Of a stretch of DNA of 52,560 nucleotides, positions 1-12,187 are shown one piece after another. The DNA lies in the NCBI GenBank assembly GCA_977018835.1, contig OZ361257.1, positions 5,518,001-5,570,560 of the forward strand, written 5' to 3'. The notes below the pieces were generated by a model. That model searched no databases, was not told where the DNA came from, and worked only from the letters and a program-made list of their open reading frames with translations. The stretch is from Minutocellus sp. GHC0000111 (lineage: Eukaryota). How positions within the stretch are numbered: position 1 is the first letter of the stretch; every line of letters starts with the position of its first letter. Made by a program: the position numbers and the translations under genes.

Positions 1-2196
1 CCGTGGTAACACAATGGTCTAATTCGTATCGAAGCTGCCTTGAAGGACCAAACTTTTAGAGCTTCATTGATTGCAGCTCCGATCAACAAGCCGCCGGCAG
101 ACCTACCCTCGCAGCTGAGCTGATCAGGCGTGGTAATCTTGCGGTCAGAAATGAGATTCTTGGCCACTGTGGGCACGGCGATGGGATAGCATATCGGTGA
201 AGGAAATTCGTGAGATTGAATAATGCCAAAACAATAATAATCCTTTCATCATGTTTTGTACACATGCAATTCACTTACCATCGACAAAATCATACCATGT
301 ATTCTTCTTGCAGAGGTATTTTGCCCCGTTAGGTTCCTCATACCACTGTCGCCCCATCTCGCCGCCTCCACGGACGTGCGCAATCACGTAGACCATGCCT
401 CTATCCAGGAGGGTTCTGCGAGTAGTGCGGAAGCTGGCTTCCATGCAAGCACCGTACGATCCATAACCATAGAGGTGTGTTGGGACAGTCTCGCCAGCCT
501 TGACCTTCTCCATGACATCTGCTCGAGCAACAATGCTTACTGGGATTTCCGTGGAACCATCGCAAGACAATACAGTGGTGCGCTCCGAAACATAGTCAGA
601 CTTCTCGTATCCGGGAACCTCCTGTTCCTTCAATGTCGTGCGAACGGAAAGGTCGGAAGGTGAAGCGAGTGGGACGCTGATGGAGCTCAGTGGTGTGACG
701 AGGGAATCGTAGGCAATAACAACCTCATCGGCAGTGCACTCCAGGTTGGATCCCAGGCCAACGTCGTACGCATCCTCGGTGAATTGAAGCTGGACAAAAT
801 CCTTGACATCAGAACTTTCAGCGCCTTCGTAGGCAATGACCCAAACCTGGGGCAAGCCACCCTCACGTCCAGTGGCAACGGAATGTGACTCAAAGGAAGT
901 CACGCCGGAGATTGATCGGTCGTATCCGCCGTCAAACATGACGTTGCCGTTCTGATCCTTCATGTCGGTCCACAGCTCCTCAGAGTTGGCAACGGCCTTG
1001 CTCATCATCAGTCGCATGTTGGGAGTACCACCGACGTTGGTGGTAATGTACCAGTACCCAGCTCGGTGACGGACCGAATACAGAACCTTATCGCGCCTCT
1101 TGGCAACGCACTGCAGGGTGGCATTTTTATCGGCGAGGTCCAAGTAATGCACCTCGCTGGTTTCCTTGGATCGCGAGGACACAAAGATGTATTTGCTGTC
1201 GAATGACTTGCTTAGACCGACCCAATACAGCTCATCGTCGTCCTGGTACAGCAATTCGTCGGGCTCACCGCTACCAATGATTCGACGGTAGAGCTGGAAA
1301 GGACGCTTCTGTTCGTCGAATTTGAGGTAAAACAAGGTCTCGTCATCTGATCCCCATTGCAGAGCACCGTAGCACTCGAGCTTGTCGTCGTGATCAACAA
1401 TCTCACCGCTTGCAATGTCCTTGACATAAAGAGAGCAAACTTCATCCCCCGAGAAGTCAACTGTGTAGCCGACGAGGTTGCCACTGGGACTGGTGCGGAC
1501 CTGGCCTGTGGAACAGTACGGCTTGCCCTCGGCCAACGCATTGATGTCGAGGTAGGCCCATTCATCCTCCAAGATGGGCGATTCCTTCGCACCATCCCAC
1601 GCCTTGGCCTGCTCAATCCACGCATGTCTATCGCCCTTGGGAAGAGGAGCACGGCACAGCGACTTGTAACTCTTTCCCTCAAAGGTTCGACTGTAGTAAA
1701 GGTATTCACCCTTGGGAGTTGGTACCGTGTGATCGGTCTCCTTGATGCCCGAAAGCATCTCCTTGTACAGATCGTCCCGCAGTCCGTCCAGATGGGACGT
1801 CAGAGCCTCCGTGTAGGCATTCTCGGCCCGCAGATGGTCCAGCACTTCCTCCACCTCGCTTTTCGTCGCGGAGCCACCCGTACGGATCTGGGACCTGGAT
1901 CGGTGGGTCCAACAGTGCTTCGGTGGAGGATTCGGACTGGCGGATGAGCGGCTTGCCCTTGGAATCGGCATAGCCGACGTCACCCTCGCGGAGCAGGCCG
2001 GCAAGGACGTACCGGTCCTCCTCGCGGCGGCCACTGGCGGTTGGGGTGTGCTGTTATCGGCCGAGGTCGTCATTGCCGATGAAACTACTGATGCGAAGCG
2101 ATGACGTTGGTACTTGTTGCCGAGGATGCTGCGAGTATGAAATGCTGACGTGCTTCGGGTCAGAGTGAGAGCAAGAGCAAAGCTTCGACTCTTCAT
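1..2196 (-). CDS. ptrB: Oligopeptidase B / prolyl oligopeptidase family S9A, 3'-truncated by the window edge
   Basis: ORF 271..2196 contains LYGYGSYG and AHVRGGGEMGRQWYE. The N-terminal DPYGWLRD motif lies in an alternate frame (ORF 1706..1912), implying two compensating indels near 2025 and 1858. A GT-AG intron at 167..278 joins to VAKNLISDRKITTPDQLSCEGRSAGGLLIGAAIN, which carries the catalytic Ser motif GRSAGG. The N-terminus MKSRSFALALTLTRSTSAF resembles an organelle-targeting presequence. Confidence 0.9.
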
Positions 2197-2647
2197 TACT
2201 CCGGTACAAGGCGACAGGATCAGGTATCTTCGACGAATGCTGCTGATGCCGGAGCCATGGAGCGGCGTAAATGAGGCATTTTGCTGGTCAAGGACCTCGC
2301 AAAATATTTAATTTACAGTGACGGTTTGCGCGAGGTCTTTTTACTCTAAATATGTATGTGTTGGAACGCACCCAACCGCAGCCACCAGCACCGCACAATA
2401 ATGTTTGCCCGCCCGCCGTTAGTGCTCTCGATCCGATCCATCACTTTATTTGAAAGGCAAATTGACCTGGCTTTTCAGCATTGGAGTCCGTTTACTACTT
2501 ACTTGGACCCAAGGCATCGGCAGTGCATCAGTATACTTTCTATTTGGAGCGCCCCTTCTTCTGTGCGTGCGTGGCCTTACCGCCAATCAATTCCATCAGA
2601 GTACAGGCAATACAGGGAAACACACAAATAAACACCACCAACCAAAA

Positions 2648-4288
2648 ATGTCCGGTAACGGCACTCTGCCAGCGACGTCGTCGTATTCGAGCTTTGGAGG
2701 GGATTCCACCTCGTCGGTCCAGGCCATCACCACCGAGGGTTGGCTCGAATTGTTCCTCACGCCGTCTCAAAAGCGCACCTTCTCCAAGTGGCAGGAGGAT
2801 GTGGCCGACAAGTCTCTGACGCATCGGGCGACCCGCACGTCGTTCGACGCCCTGGCCACGTACATTCCCGACTCCATCGCGCCCAACGTCGTTACCGCCG
2901 CGGGATTCATGGCCCTGTCGCAATCGTGGTACCTCATCAACAAGTACGGAGAGGAGTACCCCACGGCCTGCACGTGGTTTGCCGTGGCCAACATTCTGCT
3001 CTTCTTTGTGTTCAACAGCGTCGATCTCAAGCATGCCGATCGGATCCGACAGCGCACGGCCTTGGGTGATCTGTTCAAGTATTGCTGCGATTGCTGTTCG
3101 ACGGTGTTCTTGGCCGTCCTGACGACGTACTGCATGGGCGGAGTCGATCCTGTTACCCAATGGTATGCGGTCCAAATTGCCCAGTTGGTCCTGTTTACCA
3201 AGCATTTGAGCGCGTTCCATCGCAATGCCGGTCTGCGGTACAATGTGTTGACTGGACCTGGCGAAGTCATCCTCAGTGCCGTCATCCTCTTGGCCGTCCG
3301 AGCCACGTTGGGTTTGGATTGGCTCTGCAGTTTCTACGAGAGCACCACCCACAAGGTCGTCGAGGCCCTCACGAGCAAGTACAATGTATCGATCCGTGAC
3401 GATCACATGGACATTATCACCGATTCCGAGACCATGGGCTTCGAGATGCTCCGATTGGGATATTACTGCATGTTCTACACGGCCGTCATCAAGGTGATGT
3501 TGCTGCAGAAGCCGCACGGGTGGACGAGGTTTGGCCTGAGTACCAGTCTGCTGATGCGATTTTTGCCGGCCATCTTTCTCCATTTGGGCATCGGTGCGTT
3601 CGACATCAAGACGGCCGATGTCATTTGCGATGGTTTGTTCATGGCCGTGTTGACGTCGGACGTCACGCTGGCCAAGATGGCGGGACGTGAGATCCACCCC
3701 TGGATTGTCCTCATGTCCATGTTTGCTGTGATGAGTCATCCCGTCATTCTGGTCCTGGTGATTATTTACTACATTGCCATCTTTGGTGATCTGTGCAGCT
3801 ACCTCAACATGCCTCTGATGACGGTATGCCGCAACGTCTATTGCGATGGTGTGTATGATCTCTGTCACGTTGGTCACAAGACCTTGTTCAAGAATGCGCT
3901 TGCCTTTGGTAATCGTTTGTTTGTGGGCGTCGTTGGAGATGAGGATGCCTCGCAGTACAAGCGACCGCCAATTATGACTGGCGCCGAGAGATGTGCCGAG
4001 GTTGAGGCCTGCAAGTCAGTGACAAAGGTCATTCCTAATGCGCCTTGTTTTGGTTTGACCAAGGAGTTCTTGGACGAGCACCAAATTCACGTCGTTGCGT
4101 TCGGGGAGGAGTATCTCGAACGGTGGCCTGATCCAAAGGATGACATTTACTATGGATATGCTCGTCAGATTGGCATTGCGCGGCCGCTCCCCAGGACCAA
4201 AGGTTTGAGCACAAGTGACTTGATTCGAAGGATACAAGCAGCAAGGCCTGCCGACGATAGGAATGATTCTTTGACGCCAGGCAGGTAA
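2648..4288 (+). CDS. Fusion protein: N-terminal CDP-alcohol phosphatidyltransferase-like multi-pass membrane domain + C-terminal choline/ethanolamine-phosphate cytidylyltransferase
   Basis: Intronless ORF with probable ATG at 2648 (MSGNGTLP). The N-terminal part has IPDSIAPNVVT and a degenerate CDP-alcohol motif (NSVDLKHADRIRQRTALGDLFKYCCD) plus many hydrophobic helices. The C-terminal part has VYCDGVYDLCHVGH (HxGH), YKRPPIMTGAER and RTKGLSTSDLI. Confidence 0.85.
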   Translation: MSGNGTLPATSSYSSFGGDSTSSVQAITTEGWLELFLTPSQKRTFSKWQEDVADKSLTHRATRTSFDALATYIPDSIAPNVVTAAGFMALSQSWYLINKYGEEYPTACTWFAVANILLFFVFNSVDLKHADRIRQRTALGDLFKYCCDCCSTVFLAVLTTYCMGGVDPVTQWYAVQIAQLVLFTKHLSAFHRNAGLRYNVLTGPGEVILSAVILLAVRATLGLDWLCSFYESTTHKVVEALTSKYNVSIRDDHMDIITDSETMGFEMLRLGYYCMFYTAVIKVMLLQKPHGWTRFGLSTSLLMRFLPAIFLHLGIGAFDIKTADVICDGLFMAVLTSDVTLAKMAGREIHPWIVLMSMFAVMSHPVILVLVIIYYIAIFGDLCSYLNMPLMTVCRNVYCDGVYDLCHVGHKTLFKNALAFGNRLFVGVVGDEDASQYKRPPIMTGAERCAEVEACKSVTKVIPNAPCFGLTKEFLDEHQIHVVAFGEEYLERWPDPKDDIYYGYARQIGIARPLPRTKGLSTSDLIRRIQAARPADDRNDSLTPGR

Positions 4289-4699
4289 GATACATTTCGT
4301 TCTGGTCGTCTTCACTTCATTCTTCAGATTTTGCGTTCACTGAAGAAGAAGGAAAGGAACGGTTTTCATTTTTAGAGGTGCAAATAAACTTAATGGATCT
4401 CTGCCGGTACTTAATACTGATCAAGCTAGCTACTGTAATTAGTACGTGACAGCTACGTAGCTGCCGATAGGAGAGGTAGACTGGGCTGTGGGGCCTGCCG
4501 TGGTACCGGTACCTGGGGCAGACTGAAAAAGTACAATTTAGCCTGAACCTGAATTGGCATCTGACACAATCTCGACACCGTCTGAGTTCTCTTTTTTGGC
4601 GCCAAGACCATGACGGAAGAGAAGATACGATACGCCTTGCATCGGTAGACATCTCACAAAAACAACAACAATTCATCAGCCAAAAGCTACTACTTTATA

Positions 4700-7600
4700 A
4701 TGAAATCAACGAATAAGACCGCCCGCTTGGCGGCAATACTGGTGTATCTGGCAACACTTGCTGTGACAGCTGCGGCAGCCGCTTCCGAAGTCGACGGTCA
4801 CAGCGAAGAGAAGACCGGTGCTGATCCTGATGGCCATGCTTATGGAACCGACCCGCATGGCGCCGGCGAAGGTGGAGGGGGCGACCATGGATCTCATCCA
4901 GTCACTGCCATCCTATTCCCTTGGTTTGCTGAGATCATTGGAGTGCTAGTTTTCTTCGTGCTTTCGGTAAGTGCAGCATTTTGGGACCATGCGAAACGAG
5001 AACCGATGTCTTGATTGGTTCTTCTTCATGCATTATCACTGATGTTCTGATATTTCTTCTTTCCGAACTCTTTTTTTTCTCGCATGATCAGCGCTACTGC
5101 CATGCATTACCATACACCGCGATAATGTTCCTGGTTGGAATGTTCATGGGAATCGGCGTCGTTCTCCGTACGGGCTCAACAACAAACGATCTCGCTACAT
5201 CCGTCATACAATGGGTCAATATTGATGGACATGTCCTACTGCTGGTCTTTTTGCCAGGGCTTTTGTTCAAGGATGCATTTGAGGTCAACTTTCACCTCTT
5301 TCGTGCGAGCTTTTGGCAGCTTCTCACGATGGCATTCCCAATGGTGTTGGCTGGAACGTGCCTCGTCGCCTTGATTGGCTTTTTTGTGTTTCCGTACAGC
5401 TGGTCTTGGCCGCTTGCCATGACGTTTGGATCGATACTCGCGGCTACAGACCCGGTCGCTGTTAGTGCACTCTTGAACGAAGTTGGGGCCCCACCTCGGT
5501 TGAAGATGCATGTGTCAGGTAGGTCGGTTTGAAGCCAATACTTTTCTTGCATCTCATGAAAATCTACCCTTCTCATCAAGGTAATATTTATATATCCTAT
5601 TCATGATGTTCAAACAACAGGCGAATCACTGTTAAACGATGGTAGCGCTGTCGTATTTTATTCCATCTTCTCGAGCATATTTCTTGCTGAACTTGGGATT
5701 CAGGGTCTCGGCGAAGAGATTGGTGTTCGCCAAGGTTTTGCAATCTTCTTCAAAATGTCTCTCGGCGGGGCTGCTATTGGTATTGGCTTTGGACTGGCCC
5801 TATTGCTCCTGTTGTTTCTTCTTCGACGCCGGCTCGACAATGAGGAAAATGTGGTCCAGGTTTCTGCCACACTCGGAATGGCGTATCTTACATTCTATGT
5901 TGCAGAAATCATCGGCGGGACCTCTGGAGCTATCGCCGTTGTGGCATGCGGAATCATGACGCAGGCGTTTGGAAGCAATCTTATCAACTCTCGACAAACA
6001 ATGGACGCATTTTGGCATCTATTGGAGCATTTACTGGTGAGTAGTGTATGGAAATCATTTGCATCTCTATATACATCTCTTCTATCCCGTGGATGATATC
6101 TTACCTCCCTCCCATTTGCGTTCTTCGATTTTTTTCTGTAGAACACTTTGCTTTTCGCCCTAGCAGGCGTAGTCTTCGGAGCCATCGTAGCCGATAGCAG
6201 CGACGAAGGTTGGTTCGCAGCTGACTGGGGTTGGCTCATACTTCTTTGCCTCCTCTTGACGATGATTCGATTCTTCTTGGTATTTTCCTTTTACCCCGTG
6301 CTAAGCCGAATCGGCCTGAAGACCAACTGGCGCGAGTGTTTTTTTTCATTAGTTTTGGAGGCCTCAGAGGTGCCGTGGGAATCGCCCTGGCGCTGGCTCT
6401 CGACGCAGAAGTCTATCATGCGACAGAAGCCAAGAATAATGCCGCCGAATGTCGAGCTTGGACAACAACTCTTTTTGGCATGGTGGGAGGCGTAGCATTC
6501 TTCACGTTGGTGGTGAACGGGTCACTGAGCGGACCACTTTTACACCGTCTCGGATTGGCCGCTTCAAGTGCAACGCGACAAAGAAAGTACAACATTTCGC
6601 CAAGAGTACCAAGGATCATCTTCTCGATGACCTGCTTCATCTTCTCACTGATCCCCGCTTCAAGCATGTGGACTTCTCCGTAATTGCAGCCGTTCCTATT
6701 CTCGGCGATGTTACCCTGGATGATCTTGCCGAGGCGGTCGAAAAGAACAAGGCGAGCGTTCCACCAGACGTCTACAAACAACCCGATCTCAGCAACATTC
6801 TTCCATATCTACTACAAAAGGCTACTAATGACGCTGACCCCAGCATGCCATCCCCTAGTCGTCCAAGCTTGGAGGAAGGAAATGTGTTATTCGAAAGTTA
6901 CAGGCGCACTCTGCAGGGCAAGCAAGACGATGATGCTCACACTCCGCAGGGCTCGGTGACTGCCGCCGATGAATGTGGGGATGAAGAGGAAGGTGCCGCA
7001 GTCGACTTTGGCGGGCTTGCCTCAATGTATTCGTCTGCAAGACCACCAATACCAGGGCGGCAGCTCGATCTCCGAAGTACCCTCAAGAAAGATGTGGTTG
7101 GTGTTGCAAATGTAGACCTCGCCGGTACCAGCGTGAGGGCGATTGAGCTACGCCTCATCTTTATCGAGGCCCTTCGCCATGCCTATGCTCATCAAGTGGA
7201 GAGAGGAGATGGGCGGGGCTTTGTGGACTATGTCCTTTTCCAGTCGCTGGACTTTACTGCCGACGCGGTATCTCTTGGCAAGCCTCTAAATGACTGGGAG
7301 GCGACGAAGATTGTTGGGGGGACATGGACAACTCGCATTGAAATAGGCATAAACCGGCTGTACTCTCTCGACTGCCGCCATGGAGCCGATGTACGAAGCA
7401 TCTCAAGAGAGTATATCACTCTTCGATTCGAGATTCTAAAGGCGCTCGCTTTTATTTCTGCTCATACCTTGGCTCAGGAGCGCTTTAAGCGAGAATTTTG
7501 CACCGGTGGTACACTTGAATTCTCGGCCGCTGAGCGCCAGGTCCTTGAGGAAAGTGATCGTCTAATCCAGACAGCCAAGAGCTACCTCGGAACATTCGAA

Positions 7601-7999
7601 AAACGCGATGTCACCGTGATTGTTTCACATCTAGCCTGCCAGATTCTCCTCAACAAGGGTGCTCGCTACCTCGAGAATCTTGCCGATGAGGGTCTACTCA
7701 AGCAAAAGGAAGCCAACCATTTTATCGAGCTTACCGGCCATGCCTTGTCCGGTCTCAAGTATTGTAGTAAAAAGCAGCACCCTGGTGAGCTGACTCGGAA
7801 GGAGAAGTTGGAGATGATGGCCCTGCCTAGCTTTTGTAAGCACTCTCGAAATCTTCACTACAAGCCATCGAGTATTGTTTCGGCCACTACTAGCCAGGGA
7901 CAAAATGATAATTTCGAGCAAGAAGATGGAAATGCTCAAGACGATGACGGCACCGAAGAGAATGGTGCTCATCGAGGCAGCACGTCTTCGGCTCAGTAG
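4700..7999 (+). CDS. CPA1-family Na+/H+ antiporter (NhaP/SOS1-like) with signal peptide and long cytosolic tail
   Basis: Exons 4700-4966, 5092-5518, 5621-6036 and 6142-7999 with GT-AG introns. Motifs: FLPGLLF, ILAATDPVAV, GESLLNDG (across a splice), GGLRGAV, TLVVNG. Two apparent single-base frameshifts, at the poly-T near 6340 and near 6580. Confidence 0.9.
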
Positions 8000-8538
8000 A
8001 TCTAGATCTACGTGTATGGACCTCTAGCTTCTAATCTAATACCAATTGATAGACATCCAGCGCTAGCTGTGTGTGAGATGTAATGTACCATTGGTATGCG
8101 ATGGGTTGGTTCTGATCTACATGCACATAAGTAAAATCTACGTAAACGTTTATTGAAGTGTAGATCTACTCTGCCATTGGTACAATCGTAGTCCATTACA
8201 TGCGACACGTTGCACATGGTAAAATATTGTGTATCCTAAAGCTGAGTATATTAGTCGTTTGATTAGCTCCCGAGGGGAGAGCCAAAAAGGATGCATTCTA
8301 AAAACATCCTCAACGCAACACAGAATAATGTATGTATCTTTCACGAACTCAGCTTTTTTTCCCAAGACGGACAGAGAAACAGAGGGGATCCCACCGTTTT
8401 AATGATAATGAAATCTACCTGCCCTTCTCTTATCGTCCTGGCGAGGTCAGCATGTTGTGGAATGTATGTAGTATTGACTTGAAATCGGAGGGTATTCACT
8501 TGAAATATGATGTGTGAGTGCGCGTGTGTGTGCTGGGT

Positions 8539-11500
8539 CTAGTTGGAGGTTTCGTCCGTCGATGCTTCGCCATCGACATTGTCTCCGTCAGTGGTTAGAG
8601 TGGCGCCCCACTCGAAGAATTTGGCACAAGTCAACGTCTTGGTTGTATCGACAGCTGGCGGGGCATACATTTTGAATGCTTCTTTTGTCATTGTCGTTGC
8701 AGCCTCTCGAAACGTCATGCATGTACTTCTTCCGAGCATCAAAGAGTACGCCTCGATAGCTTTTTTCGCGGAATAATACACAGTTTTCACAGAATCAAAG
8801 GCATACGACCCTCCATCAGCCCTCTTTGCAGAGGTTTCCATCCAGCGCTTGAAATCAAGGTGACTCATGTCGACGGTGTGACGGGTGGCCTCACACCATT
8901 CTGTAAGCAGATCCCAACTAAATGGGAGATAATTGCCACCCTTCATCGCTGGCGTGGCAGCATCGTAAAAGTCCTCGTAAGTCATTAGTTCGGCGGCCTC
9001 GCGTAAGTGCATTGGTGCAGACTGATCTCCAAGCAAATTCTTCGAGTATTCTGATACCGTGGTTTTGACGATGTTGGTGACTCGATAAACGGTGGTGATT
9101 TGATATTATCTCTCTCCTTCGCGGTTGAAGGCTGTGTTTTCCAACCAATTATAAAAGTGTTCGTGGTCTGGGGCGTTACTAGAAATTCGATCAAGGCGAC
9201 GACCATCTGCATCCAGGTGAGATAGAGGGATGGCCGCCTTCGAGATCTTGTGACGCCCCAAACCATATTCAAAGATGGGCAAGTTTTCAATGAATTCTTT
9301 CATTGGTTTTGGGTCCACACGCTGCTTCTCAAAGGCTTCATCTTCGGCCCTTCGATAATTCTGAAGCGTTCGGATGAGGTTGAAGTCGCAGGCCACGTGG
9401 ATTTTGTAATCATTGGGGGTAGTGTAGAGGCCAAACTCGTGGCCAGCCCGCATCACTCTTTGCGATGTAGCGTCAATCTTTGCTGACTTGGGGGCAGCAA
9501 TAAATGCGTAGCAGGGAGTGACCAGCTTCTTTGCCCCGTTGACGTCGAGGTCGAACGTTGCCGTCATGCTTCTCCTAGTAAGGGTGTAGCCGACGAAGAT
9601 GATGTGAGTGAAGTCGAGATCAGACCACTCATCGATGGCCGTCTTGACCATTTCCTTCAGAGTAGCACCCTTTGGCAATGGGATGCTTTCCTCATCGGTC
9701 GTAAAGGCCTGAGGGTTACCAATAAAACAGATAACCAAAGGTCGACGAGGTGGATTGCTCCCCTCTGCCTCACATGCACGTAGCTGCGTGGACTCACAAA
9801 GTCCTTCACAGATATTGAGGGCCCCGAGTTCCCCAACATTTACTTGTTGAGATATGGAAACAAAGAGGGAGCCTTCCAAGGTAATTTTAGGCATCTCGGT
9901 GCCTTGATGAACGCGTTTGCCCACTTCGTTGAGCTCGAGAAAGGCCCCATCGCTTGGGTTGCGACGTCTCGCAAAGTGATCCAACATTGGATGAGAGAGA
10001 AATCCATCTATGCCCCCTTTGAATGGTCCCGGAGGTAGACTACGATAAGAGTTGTTCGCATTAAAAACAATCGGGTGAGATGAGCATAAAATAATAGGCA
10101 TACGTGTGAACCTGTCGATGTCCGGAATAATTAGGAACGAAAGTATGGCCATACCTTAGACCCTCTGGCACCGTCATTTGCAAGACACCGACGTACTCTT
10201 CCGACTTTCGAGCTCTTAAGAAGGTAGCCGGCTTTGACAAATCAAAGAAAGATATTTGCTTCGCATATGTTGCCAAATGGGTCGCCGTTACGAGGATGAG
10301 AAGGGAGGACGGTTGAATAAGCACACGAAAGAGCATCTCAGACTTCGCAACTCGTTCAAAGTGCTCATCTTCATCGGACGAATACATGTCGCTCTCGGAA
10401 GACTCTTCACTGTCACTTAGTTCTGGCAGAAAAGTTCCTTCTTTGTTGACTTTGATGCTCGAGCAACCTCGGCCCATAATGAGCTCGTCGCACTCATCGA
10501 TGATGGCAACGGTTGGCCTCCCATCACCAGCGTGGTCTCTAATGAACTCATGGGCTTGTTTGATATCACGAGGAGTGTTCAGAGCGGCGACAAACACCCT
10601 GCTCATTGCTCGAGAATTCTCAGAGTCCCTGATGTTTGAGCTCACAACATACTGAAAGCCAGCGTTACGAAGCTGATTGCCATGAATGGAATGGACGGAA
10701 TCGGAAGGCGAAATTGGTTAGATTGGAAATGTCACAACGCGCGCATGCCAGAACTATTGTTCGTCTTACCTTTGTTGCTGTGTCGGCAACGGGAGAAACC
10801 TTGGTGGGGACAACAAAAACTAAAACGGCGTAATTCATATCCAAGGCAGCCCTACAAGCAAGTGAAATGACTTGACTCTTGCCCTCTCGCTCCCTTGCAT
10901 ACACCACCGTGGGCTGCGCACAAATAGGTCTTGCCGTTCTGTTCCTCTCCGCGTCAAGCTGTCGTTCTCTATAAGCTTGTTTTGCGGTATAGTGCTGCTC
11001 CAAATCACCACATTGACGATCCAGACATGTGAGCCGAAATTTCTTCAATTCATTTATCAGACCTTCTCCACCTAACCTACGATTTGGGTCGCCCTGGAAG
11101 CCGAACGCCTGAATTTAATTAATAGTGAAGAGGATTAATTTTGCAAGAGAGAGAAAAAAAGTAAGTGAGATATATTGACGAATATGATGATATATAATAT
11201 CCCCTGGGTTTGCTATACAGTCCTTACGTTGGTGAAGTCGGTGTAAAAGTTTACAGACCCTTTCTTCATTCTTTCCATGAAACCAAGTTGGACCTTGGCA
11301 TTCGACTCCAACATCTCGAGGTTGTAGGTGTTACAAACAAGTCGAGCTCCTTCAATTTGCTGTGCCTCTGAATGAGACAAAGGGAGTTTTGGCACTGCAG
11401 GCTCAGGTTCAGGTTCAGCTTCGGGCTCGGGCTCCTCGGGCTCAGGCTCGGTGGTTTTCTCTGGCGACGATGATTCATCAGGCGATGAAACCAACTCGGC

Positions 11501-12187
11501 GTCCACAATAGGGATCTCACTTTCCTCGGACGATGGGGTAGTCTCCTCTATCATCTGTTCCATCACCTCGGCCAATCCCGGAGACCGAGGGCGACTCCCA
11601 GCAGTTTTCTTTGCGGGAGAAGGGTTAGTTCTGGAACCTTCGCGAAAGATTCTTTCATTGTCGAGATCGATCAAGTCATCCATGCTCAAGTCCTCTTCGT
11701 CGCCATCACTGTATTTGCACCGACGGTCCTTGCCATTTTTGGCGCCAGGGCGAATGGCAATAACTTCTCCGGTATATTCACCATAGCCCACGAACCTCTT
11801 TTTGAACTTATATCCTACTTCGCCAATAGGGATGCTGGCTGTGGCAGCGGCACGTGCGGCGACCCTTGTGCTGGTCCTTGTTCTGGCACTGCTGCGATTG
11901 TCACTATCGTCGGCTTGATCAGTGGCCTTGCGTTTCGACACTGCCCGCGTTCTCTGAGAGCGGCGATACCCTCTGGATCTATCAGGTGGAACCGTCACGT
12001 CGTCAAAAGTGTTGCTACTCGTACTCGCAGAGTCGCTGAGGCTGGATAGAGACGAAGATCTTCTAGGAGTCCCGAGGGAAGTTCCGCGCGAGATCGGCGC
12101 CGCTGGGCTTGCCACTGTGGTAGTAGTGGCTGCTCTCGCCGCAGCACCAGAAGCGGCGGCCCTTTGCACCCTAAGAAGCGTAGGCAT
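8539..12187 (-). CDS. Uncharacterised ~1,100-codon protein: Tudor-like barrel + divergent SF2 (Z1-associated-like) ATPase/helicase + duplicated C-terminal module; in-frame TAA at 9106-9108
   Basis: GT-AG introns 11109..11227, 10673..10769 and 10040..10154 join four ORFs in frame, and the fifth ORF (8539..9036) continues in the same frame beyond the TAA. Motifs in order: VVYAREREGKS (Walker A-like), VAIIDECD (Walker B), LILVTAT (motif III), IIFVGYTLTRRSMT, DATSQRVMRAGHEFG (motif VI-like). The N-terminal part has GYKFKKRFVGYGEYTGEV...CKYSDGDEEDL. Confidence 0.7.

Noticed and set aside
1..60. Odd peptide after AAINEA in oligopeptidase B
   Set aside because: Homology decays within the last ~60 nt, consistent with low-quality contig-end sequence.
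1850..6600. Frameshifts in oligopeptidase B and the antiporter as programmed frameshifting or pseudogenes
   Set aside because: The indels lie in homopolymers or short repeats and recur in many otherwise intact genes across the window, which is typical of unpolished long-read consensus.
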